This document shows positions 7,923 to 17,879 of a stretch of DNA of 64,000 bases, one piece after another. Below the pieces are notes generated by a model. The model worked only from the letters and a program-made list of their open reading frames with translations, did no database searches and was not told where the DNA came from. Source of the DNA: an uncultured delta proteobacterium (GTDB lineage: Bacteria > Desulfobacterota > Binatia > Binatales > Binataceae); assembly GCA_963711565.1 (NCBI GenBank), contig CAVQEQ010000003.1, positions 1,216,001-1,280,000 of the forward strand. Reading direction: 5' to 3'. How positions within the stretch are numbered: the stretch's first letter is position 1; every line of letters starts with the position of its first letter. Both the position numbers and the translations under genes were made by a program.

Positions 7923-10369
7923 CAGCTCTCGTCTTCGGAGCGCTTTGCGATCAAGATTCCGAGCGAGCCGGCGACTTCGGCAGCGCAGGCGCTGATGATA
8001 GCGGGAATACGCCGCGCTCGCGTAAGCGCCAACAGTCCCACTGCAAGGCCGGCAAAAATTACGCCAACGATTCCCGCGCCCAACGAAAAGCATCCGGCCA
8101 ACAGGACGAACGTCACGGCCGCAGCTATTAGTGCGCGGCGCGGCACCGACCGAACACGCCAGAGCAGCGCGATGCTCGCGTCTTTGCGCAAGGCGTTGAT
8201 CGGCACGCGAATCATCGGTGGGACCACGAGTTCGAGATCGTAGGATTGGAAGCCGTCGGTCTCGGCAACAGCGACGCCGCGGCGAACCAGTGCGTCGCGG
8301 ATTGCCGCGAGAATCGTCGCGGAATCGATCTTTGCGGCGCTTTCGGAAATGACGAATTCGGTCTCGCCACTCAATTTCACAGGGCCGTTGGGATCGCCTC
8401 CGGCGGCGCCCGGTTCAAATCTCCATTTGACGCTCTCGCGCGCCAGGCTCCGAGTGGTGGGACCAAGCAGGCTAAGGATCCAGAGATCGATTCGTGCAAT
8501 TAGGCCGGAATACTCGCGCTGCAAGGGCGCGGATGCCGCGCTCGCCGTCCCGGTCAATATCGATAGCGCGATTCCACTCGCGCCGAGCACGCCCAGCAAG
8601 CGATTGACTGTGCCGAGGATCAGAAAAATCAGCGATATGGCAATCCATTGAATGGTCAACGGCAAATCGGCGTACGAGTTGCCCGCCGAATATACTGTCT
8701 GGAAGAGGCCACGGCCGAACTCGCCGTAGTAGATGCGCGCGCCGCCGAGAAGCGAGCCGACCCATGACGGGCCTGCGTACATTCCGTCCTGGTCCGCGGC
8801 GCGGAGCGGGTATTTGCGGAACAGCAGGCCCTCGCCTACGCCGTAACCGCGCTGCTGTCGGAGATAAGCGGCGAGCGTCGCGCGGCGCTCATGAATCACG
8901 ACGGCTCCAGGAGCGTATGCGAGCGTTTCACTCGACGCGACCAGACGCCAGGAAAGATCCACGTCGTCGCCGGCGGTGGTGAACATCGGATCGAAGCCGC
9001 CAACCTCGAGCAGCGCGGCTTTCGTAATTGCCATGTTGCATCCGCACAGTTGCGCGAGGCGATCGTCGCCGGCACGCACCTCGCGCGGCAGTCCCGGCGC
9101 TGCAGCCATCGCGGCAGCGCGAGCGGATTGCGGATCGGGCGCGAAATTCGGGCCGGCCGCCGCGGCCGCATCGCGGCGCGTGATGGTCTCGACCAGATGA
9201 TACAGCCAGTCCCGATCGGCACGCGCGTCGGCGTCGATGAACGCGACGATTTCGCCCAATGCGGCCTCCACGCCGGCGTTGCGCGCCCCTGCGAGACCGC
9301 AGTGCTCGACGCGAATCGCGCGGACTCCTGCCTGGTTGGCGATTTCGGAAGTAGAATCAGTCGAGCCGTCATCGATGACGATTGTTTCGTAATCCGGATA
9401 GTTGAGCTCTCGAATCGACGAGAGACACTCGCCTAACGTCGATGCCGCGTTGTAAGCCGCCACTACCACGCTGGCTTTAGGAGCCGTCGTGAGCAGTGGC
9501 GGCAGATCGTCGCGAAAGACTTTCGCGATTGCGTCGAAGGCGAGCTTGGGCGAGCGATCGCGGCGCGTCAGCCCGAATGCCCATTCGGTAATCTCGGCGC
9601 CGCCGGTGTGCCATTCGTCGGTGAACGCGAACACAATGAACCCGGACAATCCGAGTTCGAACGCCGCACGGCACTGCCATGAGAGCAGCGCCGCTTGATG
9701 CTCCTCGCCCTCGCGAATCGTATCCATCCCGGTTTCGCTGAGCACCAGTGGCAGCTCGCCGGCTTGACCCATCAGATGCGTCAGATAACGGCGAAAATCT
9801 TCCTCGCGATGCAGATAGACGTTGAACGAAATAAAATCGAGAAAACTCAGATCGAGATATTCCGCTGACGGATAGTTCGAGTAAGTGAAGAGCGCGCCGG
9901 GATCGATCTGTTTTCCGAGGTCGCGCAGCTCGGCGAGAAAGCGGCTGACCGCGCGCGGCCCGTGCCAGCGGACGATATCCGATCGAATCTCGTTGCCGAT
10001 GCTGTAGGCAGCGATGGTCTCGCCGAACTGGCGCGTCTCGAGCACCGTCTTGCGGACGACGTCGCGGATTTCGCGCATCATGTCGGCTGAATCGAGGAAC
10101 GCCATATGGAACGGCCACGGGATGCCAAGCATCATGCGCAGTCCCGCCCTCTGCGCCTCCTCGACCATCCACGGCGGCGGCGGCACGTAGAGACGAATCA
10201 CATTGGCGCCGAGGATTCTCATCAAGGCGAAGTCGGCGGCCGCGCGCTCGGGCTCGGGATAGCGTTCACCGCGGGAATTCGGCGGGAACGGACCGTACGA
10301 AACGCCGCGGAGGTAGAACTTTTGCGCGCCGTCGAGCAAATATTTTCCGTGCGGTACCAGCCGGGCCAT
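7922..10369 (-). CDS. Glycoside hydrolase-like TIM barrel fused to GT2 glycosyltransferase with TM tail
   Basis: GANVIRLY, IGNE and LSETG (clan GH-A-like); DDGSTD, ARNAG, FIDAD and GDDVD (GT2). Confidence 0.85.
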   Translation of the reverse strand: MARLVPHGKYLLDGAQKFYLRGVSYGPFPPNSRGERYPEPERAAADFALMRILGANVIRLYVPPPPWMVEEAQRAGLRMMLGIPWPFHMAFLDSADMMREIRDVVRKTVLETRQFGETIAAYSIGNEIRSDIVRWHGPRAVSRFLAELRDLGKQIDPGALFTYSNYPSAEYLDLSFLDFISFNVYLHREEDFRRYLTHLMGQAGELPLVLSETGMDTIREGEEHQAALLSWQCRAAFELGLSGFIVFAFTDEWHTGGAEITEWAFGLTRRDRSPKLAFDAIAKVFRDDLPPLLTTAPKASVVVAAYNAASTLGECLSSIRELNYPDYETIVIDDGSTDSTSEIANQAGVRAIRVEHCGLAGARNAGVEAALGEIVAFIDADARADRDWLYHLVETITRRDAAAAAGPNFAPDPQSARAAAMAAAPGLPREVRAGDDRLAQLCGCNMAITKAALLEVGGFDPMFTTAGDDVDLSWRLVASSETLAYAPGAVVIHERRATLAAYLRQQRGYGVGEGLLFRKYPLRAADQDGMYAGPSWVGSLLGGARIYYGEFGRGLFQTVYSAGNSYADLPLTIQWIAISLIFLILGTVNRLLGVLGASGIALSILTGTASAASAPLQREYSGLIARIDLWILSLLGPTTRSLARESVKWRFEPGAAGGDPNGPVKLSGETEFVISESAAKIDSATILAAIRDALVRRGVAVAETDGFQSYDLELVVPPMIRVPINALRKDASIALLWRVRSVPRRALIAAAVTFVLLAGCFSLGAGIVGVIFAGLAVGLLALTRARRIPAIISACAAEVAGSLGILIAKRSEDES

Positions 10370-10470
10370 GAACGATGAGCTAATCGCAAAGCCGATGGGC
10401 GCGCAACGCGCTCCGCGCCCCACACTTGACACCGTGCAAGCCGGCCACTGAGAATCAGATCCGTTCAAAG

Positions 10471-11355
10471 ATGGAAAACAGCGAATCGCGCGAGCGCAAC
10501 TCGGAATTCAACGAACCCTCATCGAGCTTCGTCAACGTCGATGGCGTCCGGCTGCATGCGCTGGACTGGGGCGGCGGCGGCGCACCGATCGTGATCTTGC
10601 ACGCGACCGGATTCCTCGGGCGCATCTATCGACCGCTCGCAGAGCGGTTGCGCGCGATCGGTCACGTCTACAGCTACGATCAGCGCGGCCACGGCGACAG
10701 TTCGACAGCGCCCAACGGCGAGTATAGCTGGGACTCGACGATGCGCGACCTACAAGGGTTCATAACCGCGATGGGTTGTGCGAGTGTGCGGGCGGTCGGC
10801 CATTCTGCGGGCGCGACGGCGATTGGCTCGCTCGCGAGCGAACGCCCTGACCTGATCTCGCGGGCCGTTCTGCTCGAGCCGGTGATTTTTGAGTCGCCGA
10901 CCGCGCCGGAACTTGGCTGGCGCAATCCGTTTATCGAGCGGACGCTCAAACGCAGGCGCATCTTCGACACCGTCGATGCGATGTTCTCGAATTTCGAAAA
11001 CAAGCCGCCGTACAATACCTGGCGCAAGGATATTCTGCGCGACTATTGCGAGTTCGGTACGCGGCCGACGGCTGATGGCAAGCGCGAACTCAAGTGCGCG
11101 CCCGAGGTCGAGGCAAAATTCTACGAGACGTCGCGCGATTTCGACGGGCTCGGCCGAATTCTCCACTGCACCGTTCCGCTCCTGGTGCTTTTCGGCGCGC
11201 GCGGCGATTCGCTCGGCGCGTCATTGTCCGGAAAAGTCGCGAAGCAGCTCAAGAATGGACGCGTCATCGACGTGGCAGACACAGGCCACTTTCTCCCGAT
11301 GGAAAAGCCCGACTACGCTGCCGATCAAGCAATCGAATTCCTGTCAGAGAAATAG
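10471..11355 (+). CDS. Alpha/beta hydrolase
   Basis: LHATG, DQRGHGDS, GHSAG nucleophile elbow, GHFLPME. Confidence 0.88.
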   Translation: MENSESRERNSEFNEPSSSFVNVDGVRLHALDWGGGGAPIVILHATGFLGRIYRPLAERLRAIGHVYSYDQRGHGDSSTAPNGEYSWDSTMRDLQGFITAMGCASVRAVGHSAGATAIGSLASERPDLISRAVLLEPVIFESPTAPELGWRNPFIERTLKRRRIFDTVDAMFSNFENKPPYNTWRKDILRDYCEFGTRPTADGKRELKCAPEVEAKFYETSRDFDGLGRILHCTVPLLVLFGARGDSLGASLSGKVAKQLKNGRVIDVADTGHFLPMEKPDYAADQAIEFLSEK

Positions 11356-11359
11356 TCAA

Positions 11360-12103
11360 TCAGGGCGAACTGAGCAATGCGCGTGCTTCGGCCGTATATA
11401 TTCCCGGACGGTCGTATAGTATTAACGGCGGCTCAATAGCTACTTCGATTCCGCCGCCGACACGGGCCTCGATCAATACTACCGACGCGGGCCTGCCGAC
11501 CTGTGAATGCATGAATCGGATACGCTTGGGCTCGAGCTGTTTTGAGCGCATCGTCGAAATCAGCTCGGCGCTTCTCCTGGCTGTGAAAACAAATGCCACG
11601 CGTCCGCCAATGCGCGCATAACGGCGCGCCGCAGCGACAAAATCCAGCAGCGCGGCGGCGCCTTCGCCGCGTGCCATGCGGCGGCTGTGATCCGGATTCT
11701 CACGCCCGGAGGCCGCCGCGCGATAGGGAGGATTCGCAACAACCAGGTCGAAGCTTGCGGGCTCGACGCCGGCAATTTTTTTCTGCCGGAGATCGGCGCA
11801 AACCGCTTTCACCGACTCGAGGCTGTTCGCTTCGGCGTTGCGCGGGATCATCGCCGCCAGCGGCGGCTGGATTTCGATCGCAACGACTTCGCGCGGGCGA
11901 TAAAGCGCAGCGATCATGATCGACACGACGCCGCATCCTGCGCCCAACTCGAGTACTCGCTCGCGCGTTCTCGCGCGCGCAAAGCGGCCGAGCAGGATCG
12001 CCTCGACCGAGAAGCGATAACCATGCTTCGGCTGGATCAGCGTGATAGAACCATCCAGGATCGTATCGCGAGTTTCGTTTTCGTCGCTTGAATTCGCCGT
12101 CAT
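11360..12103 (-). CDS. tRNA1(Val) A37 N6-methyltransferase-like (YfiC/YabB family)
   Basis: QPKHGYRFS, ELGAGCG, NPPY motif. Confidence 0.85.
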   Translation of the reverse strand: MTANSSDENETRDTILDGSITLIQPKHGYRFSVEAILLGRFARARTRERVLELGAGCGVVSIMIAALYRPREVVAIEIQPPLAAMIPRNAEANSLESVKAVCADLRQKKIAGVEPASFDLVVANPPYRAAASGRENPDHSRRMARGEGAAALLDFVAAARRYARIGGRVAFVFTARRSAELISTMRSKQLEPKRIRFMHSQVGRPASVVLIEARVGGGIEVAIEPPLILYDRPGIYTAEARALLSSP

Positions 12104-12305
12104 GAATGCCGCCGAGAAAGGAGAGCTTTACGCGCGCATCTTTCGCAAGGTTGGTGTGTTTCTCGGCAAGGGGGAAATTCCGCGCGCGCTCAAAGAGCTG
12201 AATGAGGGTATGAAAATCGCCGAACGCAGCGGCGATAGCAAGATGGCCGCGCGATTCGCGCAAGAAATTGCGAACGTCTCCAAGACCGCGGAACCCACGA
12301 AATAG
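12102..12305 (+). CDS. Small helical (TPR-like) hypothetical protein
   Basis: 67-aa ORF with amphipathic helix pattern; start codon uncertain. Confidence 0.5.
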   Translation: MNAAEKGELYARIFRKVGVFLGKGEIPRALKELNEGMKIAERSGDSKMAARFAQEIANVSKTAEPTK

Positions 12306-12336
12306 CGGCCTTTTACGTCATATTTCGGCGCATCGC

Positions 12337-12364
12337 TTGACGCGTTCGAGTTCGTACTTACCTT
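12337..12364 (+). promoter_or_regulatory. Putative sigma70-type promoter for hsp20
   Basis: TTGACG-N16-TACCTT upstream of the AGGAGG RBS. Confidence 0.4.
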
Positions 12365-12479
12365 GAAATTGTGGGACGCAAGGCGATTCGAGCGAAGGAC
12401 AGATAGAGCCTTCCTCGCGCCGAGCGCCCCGAGAATTAAAATTTCGCCGGACAATTACCGGCAGGAGGTTCTCTTTAAG

Positions 12480-12896
12480 ATGGAAGTGCGGATGAACGGC
12501 TTTACCCCGAATGACTCATTGCTTCGCCACTGGAACGTGCTGTGGAACGAACTCGAGCCAGCGCGCAAACAGGCGCCGGCAGCGGACGTGGTCGAGGATG
12601 CGGATGGCTATCATTTCTATTTCGAGATGGCCGGCATCAACAGCGAATCCGTCGATGTGCGCGTCGAGGACGACAGTCTGATCGTCGAGGCGGAGCGTAA
12701 ACGGCCCGAGTGGTCCAAGGACGCCGAAGTCCATCTGTCCGAGCGGGCGTACGGCACGATGCGGCGCGCATTCACGATGCCTGACGACGCGGGACACGAC
12801 GGAATCAAGGCGGCGTACAAGGACGGCGTGCTGCAAGTGACGGTGCCGAAGCGGCCCGAGAGCAAGCCGTTCAAGATCAAAGTCGAGTTCGAAAAC
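12480..12896 (+). CDS. Hsp20/alpha-crystallin small heat-shock protein; no stop codon, runs in frame into lemA
   Basis: ERAYGTMRRAF and AAYKDGVLQVTVPK motifs; AGGAGG RBS; end coordinate is the domain end. Confidence 0.85.
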
Positions 12897-13028
12897 TCAG
12901 CCGGCGCGCTGGGCGCTTCGCTCCGCGGCCAGGAGAATTTTGGCTCGGGCGCCGGCGGTCTGAACTGCCGGCGCCGTGAGCGCAGCCGACGAAGCCACCT
13001 CGCACCGATCTCTCACGGGGGAGTGCAA

Positions 13029-13589
13029 ATGGTATTTCTGATTATCATAGTGGCTATCGTCGGGTGGGTAATCTTTGCCTATAACCGATTAGTCAGTCTG
13101 CGCAACCAGGTAGATAATTCGTGGCGGCAGATCGACGTACAGTTGAAACGCCGGCATGACTTGATTCCGAATCTCGTCGAAGCCGTTAAAGGCTACATGC
13201 AGTTCGAGCGCGACACTCTCACCCAGGTCGTCGAGGCACGCGCCAAGGCGGTCAGCGCGCCGGACCAGGCCTCGCGCATGGCGGCGGAGACTCAGATCAC
13301 CACCGGGTTGGGGAAACTGCTGGCCGTGATTGAGAACTATCCGCAGTTGAAGGCCGACGAGAACGTGCTCAAGCTGCAGGAAGAGCTGACGACGACGGAA
13401 AATCAAATCGCATTCGCGCGACAGGCATATAATGACGTCGTGCTCGATCTGAACACGCGCATCCAGACCTTCCCGACCAATCTCATCGCCGGCAATTTCG
13501 GTTTCAAGCCCGCGGAATATTTCAAAGGTGCTCCGGAAGAGCAGGCTGTCCCCAAGGTTGATCTTTCAATGACCGCGCCCCGCGCCTGA
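13029..13589 (+). CDS. lemA: LemA family protein
   Basis: YNRLV...IDVQLKRRHDLIPNLV, ENYPQLKA, ENQIAFARQAYN; own GGGGAG RBS. Confidence 0.93.
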   Translation: MVFLIIIVAIVGWVIFAYNRLVSLRNQVDNSWRQIDVQLKRRHDLIPNLVEAVKGYMQFERDTLTQVVEARAKAVSAPDQASRMAAETQITTGLGKLLAVIENYPQLKADENVLKLQEELTTTENQIAFARQAYNDVVLDLNTRIQTFPTNLIAGNFGFKPAEYFKGAPEEQAVPKVDLSMTAPRA

Positions 13590-13614
13590 TCATTCGCACA
13601 GGCGGATATGCGCG

Positions 13615-14613
13615 ATGGCTCTAAGTAACTTCAGAGGTCTCGAAGCGACCAATCGCCGCGAGACCGTGCTGCTGGTCGTCGTGTTCATGCTGCTGTTCGG
13701 AGCGCTTGGACTCGGACTCGACATTGCCGCGAACGACATCGCGATCGTCAACGGACAGTTCGTCGGCTTCCCGGTACTGACCATCGCCGCGCTGGTTTTC
13801 GCCGGCGTGCAATCGATCGTGTCGTACTACAGCGGCGCATCTCTCGTGCTGCTCTCGGTTCACGCGCGCGAGCTCACGCCCGACACGCCCAAGCATCAGA
13901 CGGTGCTCGATGTTATCAACGAGATGGCGACGGCGGCGCGGATGCCGGTGCCCAAGCCGTACATCATCGACGATCCGTCGCCGAATGCGTTCGCGACCGG
14001 ACGCGACCCGGCTCATTCGGTGATTTGCGTCACGCAGGGACTCGTCGATCAGATGGATCGGGAGGAATTGCAGGGCGTGATCGGACACGAGATGTCGCAC
14101 GTCGCCGACTACGACATCCGCACGATGATGATGATCGCGGTGATGGTCGGTGGCGTCGCGATGCTCTCTGATTTCGTTTACCGCTGGATGTTTTGGGGTG
14201 GTTTCGGCGGACGCGGCCGAAGCGGCAGCCGCGACAACCAGGGGGCGGCGTTGATCATGGTTGCGGTGATCGTACTGGCTGCGCTCGCGCCGATCTTCTC
14301 GCAACTGCTCGCGATGGCGGTATCGAGGCAGCGCGAATATCTTGCCGACGCATCGTCGGTCGAGTTCACGCGCAACCCGCGAGCGCTCCTGCGTGCGCTG
14401 GAGCGCATCGCCCAAATCGAATCGCCGCTGAAAGCAGGCACCGCTGGCACAGGCCACCTATTCGTCGTCAATCCGCGCGAAGGCATCCGCGATGACAGCG
14501 AAGGATTCTTTGCCAACCTGTTTTCGACGCATCCTCCACTGAGCAAGCGCATCGCGCGACTGCAAGCGTTGCTCGGCGCGGCAGGGACGAACGCGGTGGC
14601 GGAAGGAACCTAA
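13615..14613 (+). CDS. htpX: M48 zinc metalloprotease HtpX
   Basis: PNAFATG, HEMSH, SRQREYLAD, FSTHPP; lemA-htpX pairing. Confidence 0.92.
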   Translation: MALSNFRGLEATNRRETVLLVVVFMLLFGALGLGLDIAANDIAIVNGQFVGFPVLTIAALVFAGVQSIVSYYSGASLVLLSVHARELTPDTPKHQTVLDVINEMATAARMPVPKPYIIDDPSPNAFATGRDPAHSVICVTQGLVDQMDREELQGVIGHEMSHVADYDIRTMMMIAVMVGGVAMLSDFVYRWMFWGGFGGRGRSGSRDNQGAALIMVAVIVLAALAPIFSQLLAMAVSRQREYLADASSVEFTRNPRALLRALERIAQIESPLKAGTAGTGHLFVVNPREGIRDDSEGFFANLFSTHPPLSKRIARLQALLGAAGTNAVAEGT

Positions 14614-14660
14614 CCAACCACGACATTGCTCGCCCTCGCTGACCGACCTAAGCTCAACGA

Positions 14661-15521
14661 ATGCCCACCGAGCCCGAAATCGAGCAGATACTGAGCCAGA
14701 TCGCTACACGCGTATCAGAAATCGAAGGCGTCCAGGCAATCGTGCTTGGCGGCTCACGAGCGCGCGGAACTGCTGACGAACGATCGGATATCGATCTCGG
14801 AATTTATTACGACGGCAAGCATCCATTCTCGACGACAGCTCTGGGAGCGGCTGCGAAGGAACTGGATGATCGTCATTCAGGCGGATTGCTTACTTCTTTC
14901 GGCGAATGGGGACCCGCAGTTAACGGAGGCGGATGGCTCGAGATTCAAGGCAATCACGTCGATTTTCTCTACCGCGAGATTGGCGCGGTGCGCGAGGCGA
15001 TCGAGGACTGCATCGCCGGCCGTCCGCGCAGCATCTACCAGCTCGGCCATCCGCTGGGATTTCATATCCAGATTTACGCGGGCGAAGTTCACGTCTGCCG
15101 CCCACTCTTCGATCCCGCCGGTACGGTCGCACGACTCAAGTCTCTGGTCAGTGAGTATCCTGAAAAATTCCGGACCGCCGCCGTAACCAAGCATCTGTTC
15201 GATGCGGAATTCGAAATTATGATTGCCGCGAAGCCCGCTGAGCGCGCGGACGTGATGTACGTCGCGGGATGCCTGTTTCGCGCAGCGGGTTTTATGACGC
15301 TGGTGCTGTACGCGCTCAACCGCAAGTTTTTTCTCAACGAGAAAGGCGCGCTCGCCGAGTCGAGCCGATTCGCGATTAAGCCGGCGCGCTTTCACGACAC
15401 CGTAGCAAGCGTACTGGGAAGAGTTGGCACCACACCGGCGCAGCTATCGGCAAGCGTCGCCAGCTTCCAGAGCCTTGTTGCGGAGTTGCGCAAACTCGCA
15501 ACCAGCCAAGGCGTTCTCTAG
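14661..15521 (+). CDS. Nucleotidyltransferase domain protein (DUF4037-like)
   Basis: LGGSRARG...SDIDL pol-beta NTase motif, WGPAVNGGGW, LNEKG. Confidence 0.8.
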   Translation: MPTEPEIEQILSQIATRVSEIEGVQAIVLGGSRARGTADERSDIDLGIYYDGKHPFSTTALGAAAKELDDRHSGGLLTSFGEWGPAVNGGGWLEIQGNHVDFLYREIGAVREAIEDCIAGRPRSIYQLGHPLGFHIQIYAGEVHVCRPLFDPAGTVARLKSLVSEYPEKFRTAAVTKHLFDAEFEIMIAAKPAERADVMYVAGCLFRAAGFMTLVLYALNRKFFLNEKGALAESSRFAIKPARFHDTVASVLGRVGTTPAQLSASVASFQSLVAELRKLATSQGVL

Positions 15522-16015
15522 CGGTTCCGTCCTTTAAGCGCGCGCTCGATCTCGCGATCCGACGCCCGACGTGCCAGCACGTCGCGCTTGTCGTACGAGT
15601 GCTTGCCCTTGGCGAGCCCCAGCTCAACTTTAGCGCGGCCGTTCTTGAAATAAATCTTCAGCGGGACGATCGAGTAACCCTTCTCGCGCACGCGACCGAA
15701 CAGCTTATCGATCTCGTGCCGATGCATCAGCAGTTTTCGCGCGCGAGTTTCCTTGTGGCTGAACTGGCCCGCCGGAGCATAGGCGCCGATATGGACGCTC
15801 TCCAGAAACGCCTCGCCGTTCTTGATGCGGGCGTAACTGTCGCGCAGGTTTGCGCGATGCGCCCGCAGCGACTTGACCTCGGTGCCGGTGAGCGCGAGGC
15901 CGGCCTTGAGAGTCTCCTCGATAAAGAAGTCATGCCGCGCCTTGCGGTTATCGACGACGAGATCGAATCCGTCAGCGGTGGGCTTGCCGTTGCGAGTATG
16001 AGAATCGCGCGCCAT
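15518..16015 (-). CDS. smpB: SsrA-binding protein
   Basis: NRKARHDF, GTEVKSLR, RKLLMH, LAKGKHSYDKR; adjacent to tmRNA. Confidence 0.97.
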   Translation of the reverse strand: MARDSHTRNGKPTADGFDLVVDNRKARHDFFIEETLKAGLALTGTEVKSLRAHRANLRDSYARIKNGEAFLESVHIGAYAPAGQFSHKETRARKLLMHRHEIDKLFGRVREKGYSIVPLKIYFKNGRAKVELGLAKGKHSYDKRDVLARRASDREIERALKGRNR

Positions 16016-16149
16016 ATCAGCGTGAGTTTATCCGCCCCGGCCGACGTAGATAAGGGCTCAGCCCTTGTTGCGAACGCCGCTGCTGAGCCTTAGATTGGAT
16101 GGTGTAACCGTTTCGACTTCACTGGCCTCGATGGAAAACCCACTATCGT

Positions 16150-16507
16150 GGGGGCGAACTGGATTCGACGAAGACAACATGGCCATGGTCGCACGCCGGG
16201 TGCTGTCAACCCGTAAAACTGGCAGACTGCGAAATTTACCCGCAGACAATAACGGTTACGCTCTGGCGGCCTAAGGGCCGCTAGCGTCCCGCCGTTGCTC
16301 GCCCATGGCAGCGGGTCGGGGCGTCATTTAGTGGGCTAGGGAACCGCAGTTCACCGGCTGGGCGGCTTACCGAAACTTCAGTCGGCTGGCGCCAGGAAAG
16401 CCCGTCTGTGGGCGCTCCGGACGCGAGCTAAAATTCGCAGACTAAGCGTGTAGTGGCCGTCGCCGGAAGGCCTTCGGACGGGGGTTCAATTCCCCCCGCC
16501 TCCACCA
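16150..16507 (+). ncRNA. ssrA: tmRNA
   Basis: 5' GGGGGCG...GGATTCGAC; tag ADNNGYALAA* at 16242-16274; T-arm GGTTCAATTCC; 3' CGCCTCCACCA. Confidence 0.97.
16490..16507 (+). repeat. attL core (ssrA 3' end)
   Basis: TTCCCCCCGCCTCCACCA. Confidence 0.92.
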
Positions 16508-16619
16508 AATTAAACTCCAACCAAACCCAAGTAAGCGCAAGAGGCTAGCTAGACAGGCTCCTTTGTCCTTTGGAGCATCTAACGTCGTCCAACCAAGTGC
16601 GTTGACAGATACCCCCAAG

Positions 16620-16663
16620 CGGGGGTAATTATCGGGGTACCTTCAAAAGCTCACGGGGGTAAC
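16620..16663. promoter_or_regulatory. Putative integrase arm-type sites (GGGGTA repeats)
   Basis: cgggggtaattatcggggtac and cgggggtaac; a matching pair cggggtacttttgggggtaac sits at 24007-24027 near attR. Confidence 0.6.
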
Positions 16664-16667
16664 TGCG

Positions 16668-17879
16668 ATGCTCTCCGACACTGCCATACGCCAAGCGAAA
16701 CCTGCCCTCAAACCGCGCAAGCTCTTCGACGCGGGCGGCCTGTACCTGCTCATCGCGCCGACCGGGGGCAAGTGGTGGCGGCTCAAGTACAGGTTTGGAG
16801 GAAAGGAACGCCTGCTCGCGCTTGGAACCTATCCCGATGTTGGACTCAAGCAAGCGCGGGAAAAGCGCGACGCGGCGCGCAAGCTGGTCGCAGACGGCAT
16901 CGACCCGAGTGCGCAGCGTAAGGCGGCCAAGGCGGCGCTGGTACAGCGCACAGACGGCAATTTTGAAGCCGTCGCGCGGGAGTGGTTCGAGAAATTTTCC
17001 GCCGGATGGGCGCCGACGCACGCCGTGACGATCATCCGGCGTTTGGAGCGCGACGTTTTCCCGTGGTTGGGGACACGCCCAGCCAGTGAGATCGCCGCTC
17101 CTGATTTGCTGACGGTGCTGCGCCGGGTGGAAGCGCGCGGCGCGCTTGAAACCGCCCATCGCATTCATCAGGTCTGCGGACAGGTCTTTCGTTACGCAGT
17201 TGCAACGGGCAGAGCACAGCGCGATCCTTCGGCGGACTTGCGCGGCGCGCTGCCGCCCGTTCGGGAAAAGCATCACGCGGCGCTCACTGAGCCGAAGCAG
17301 GTCGGGGCACTGCTACGGGCGATCAATGAATATCAGGGGTCATTCGTTACGCGATGCGCGCTGCGCCTCGCCCCGCTGGTTTTCGTCCGGCCCGGAGAAT
17401 TGCGCAAAGCCGAATGGAGCGAATTTGATCTGGACGCGGCAACATGGCGCATTCCGGCGGCGCGGATGAAGATGCGGTCGGAGCATGTTGTTCCGCTCTC
17501 GCGGCAGGCGGTTGAGATTCTCCGCGAGCTTAAGCCGTTCACGGGAGTGTGGCGCTTTGTCTTTCCGGGCGCCCGGACGGCTGGCCGGCCGATGAGCGAG
17601 AATGCCATCACGGCGGCGCTCCGGAGGATGGACTATAGCCGCAACGAAATGACCGGGCATGGATTCCGTTCGACGGCATCGACCCTGCTCAACGAATTGG
17701 GATGGTCCGCCGACGCGATCGAGCGCCAGCTTGCACACGCAGAGCGCGACGGTGTGCGCGATGCCTACAATCGGGCGGAGTACCTGGCCGAGCGCCAGCG
17801 CATGATGCAGGCGTGGGCCGACTACCTCGATAGTCTGGTGGCCGGTGGTGTTGTTATTCCCTTTCGGGCAATCGCCTAA
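16668..17879 (+). CDS. P4-like tyrosine integrase with N-terminal arm-binding domain
   Basis: DAGGLYL...WWRLKYRF, RPGELR, HGFR, QLAH, AYNR catalytic residues. Confidence 0.96.
   Translation: MLSDTAIRQAKPALKPRKLFDAGGLYLLIAPTGGKWWRLKYRFGGKERLLALGTYPDVGLKQAREKRDAARKLVADGIDPSAQRKAAKAALVQRTDGNFEAVAREWFEKFSAGWAPTHAVTIIRRLERDVFPWLGTRPASEIAAPDLLTVLRRVEARGALETAHRIHQVCGQVFRYAVATGRAQRDPSADLRGALPPVREKHHAALTEPKQVGALLRAINEYQGSFVTRCALRLAPLVFVRPGELRKAEWSEFDLDAATWRIPAARMKMRSEHVVPLSRQAVEILRELKPFTGVWRFVFPGARTAGRPMSENAITAALRRMDYSRNEMTGHGFRSTASTLLNELGWSADAIERQLAHAERDGVRDAYNRAEYLAERQRMMQAWADYLDSLVAGGVVIPFRAIA

Noticed and set aside
12400-12430. CIRCE-like operator upstream of hsp20
   Set aside because: Too many mismatches to TTAGCACTC-N9-GAGTGCTAA.
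16065-16274. 69-aa ORF ending in YALAA
   Set aside because: This is the tmRNA tag reading frame, not an independent gene.
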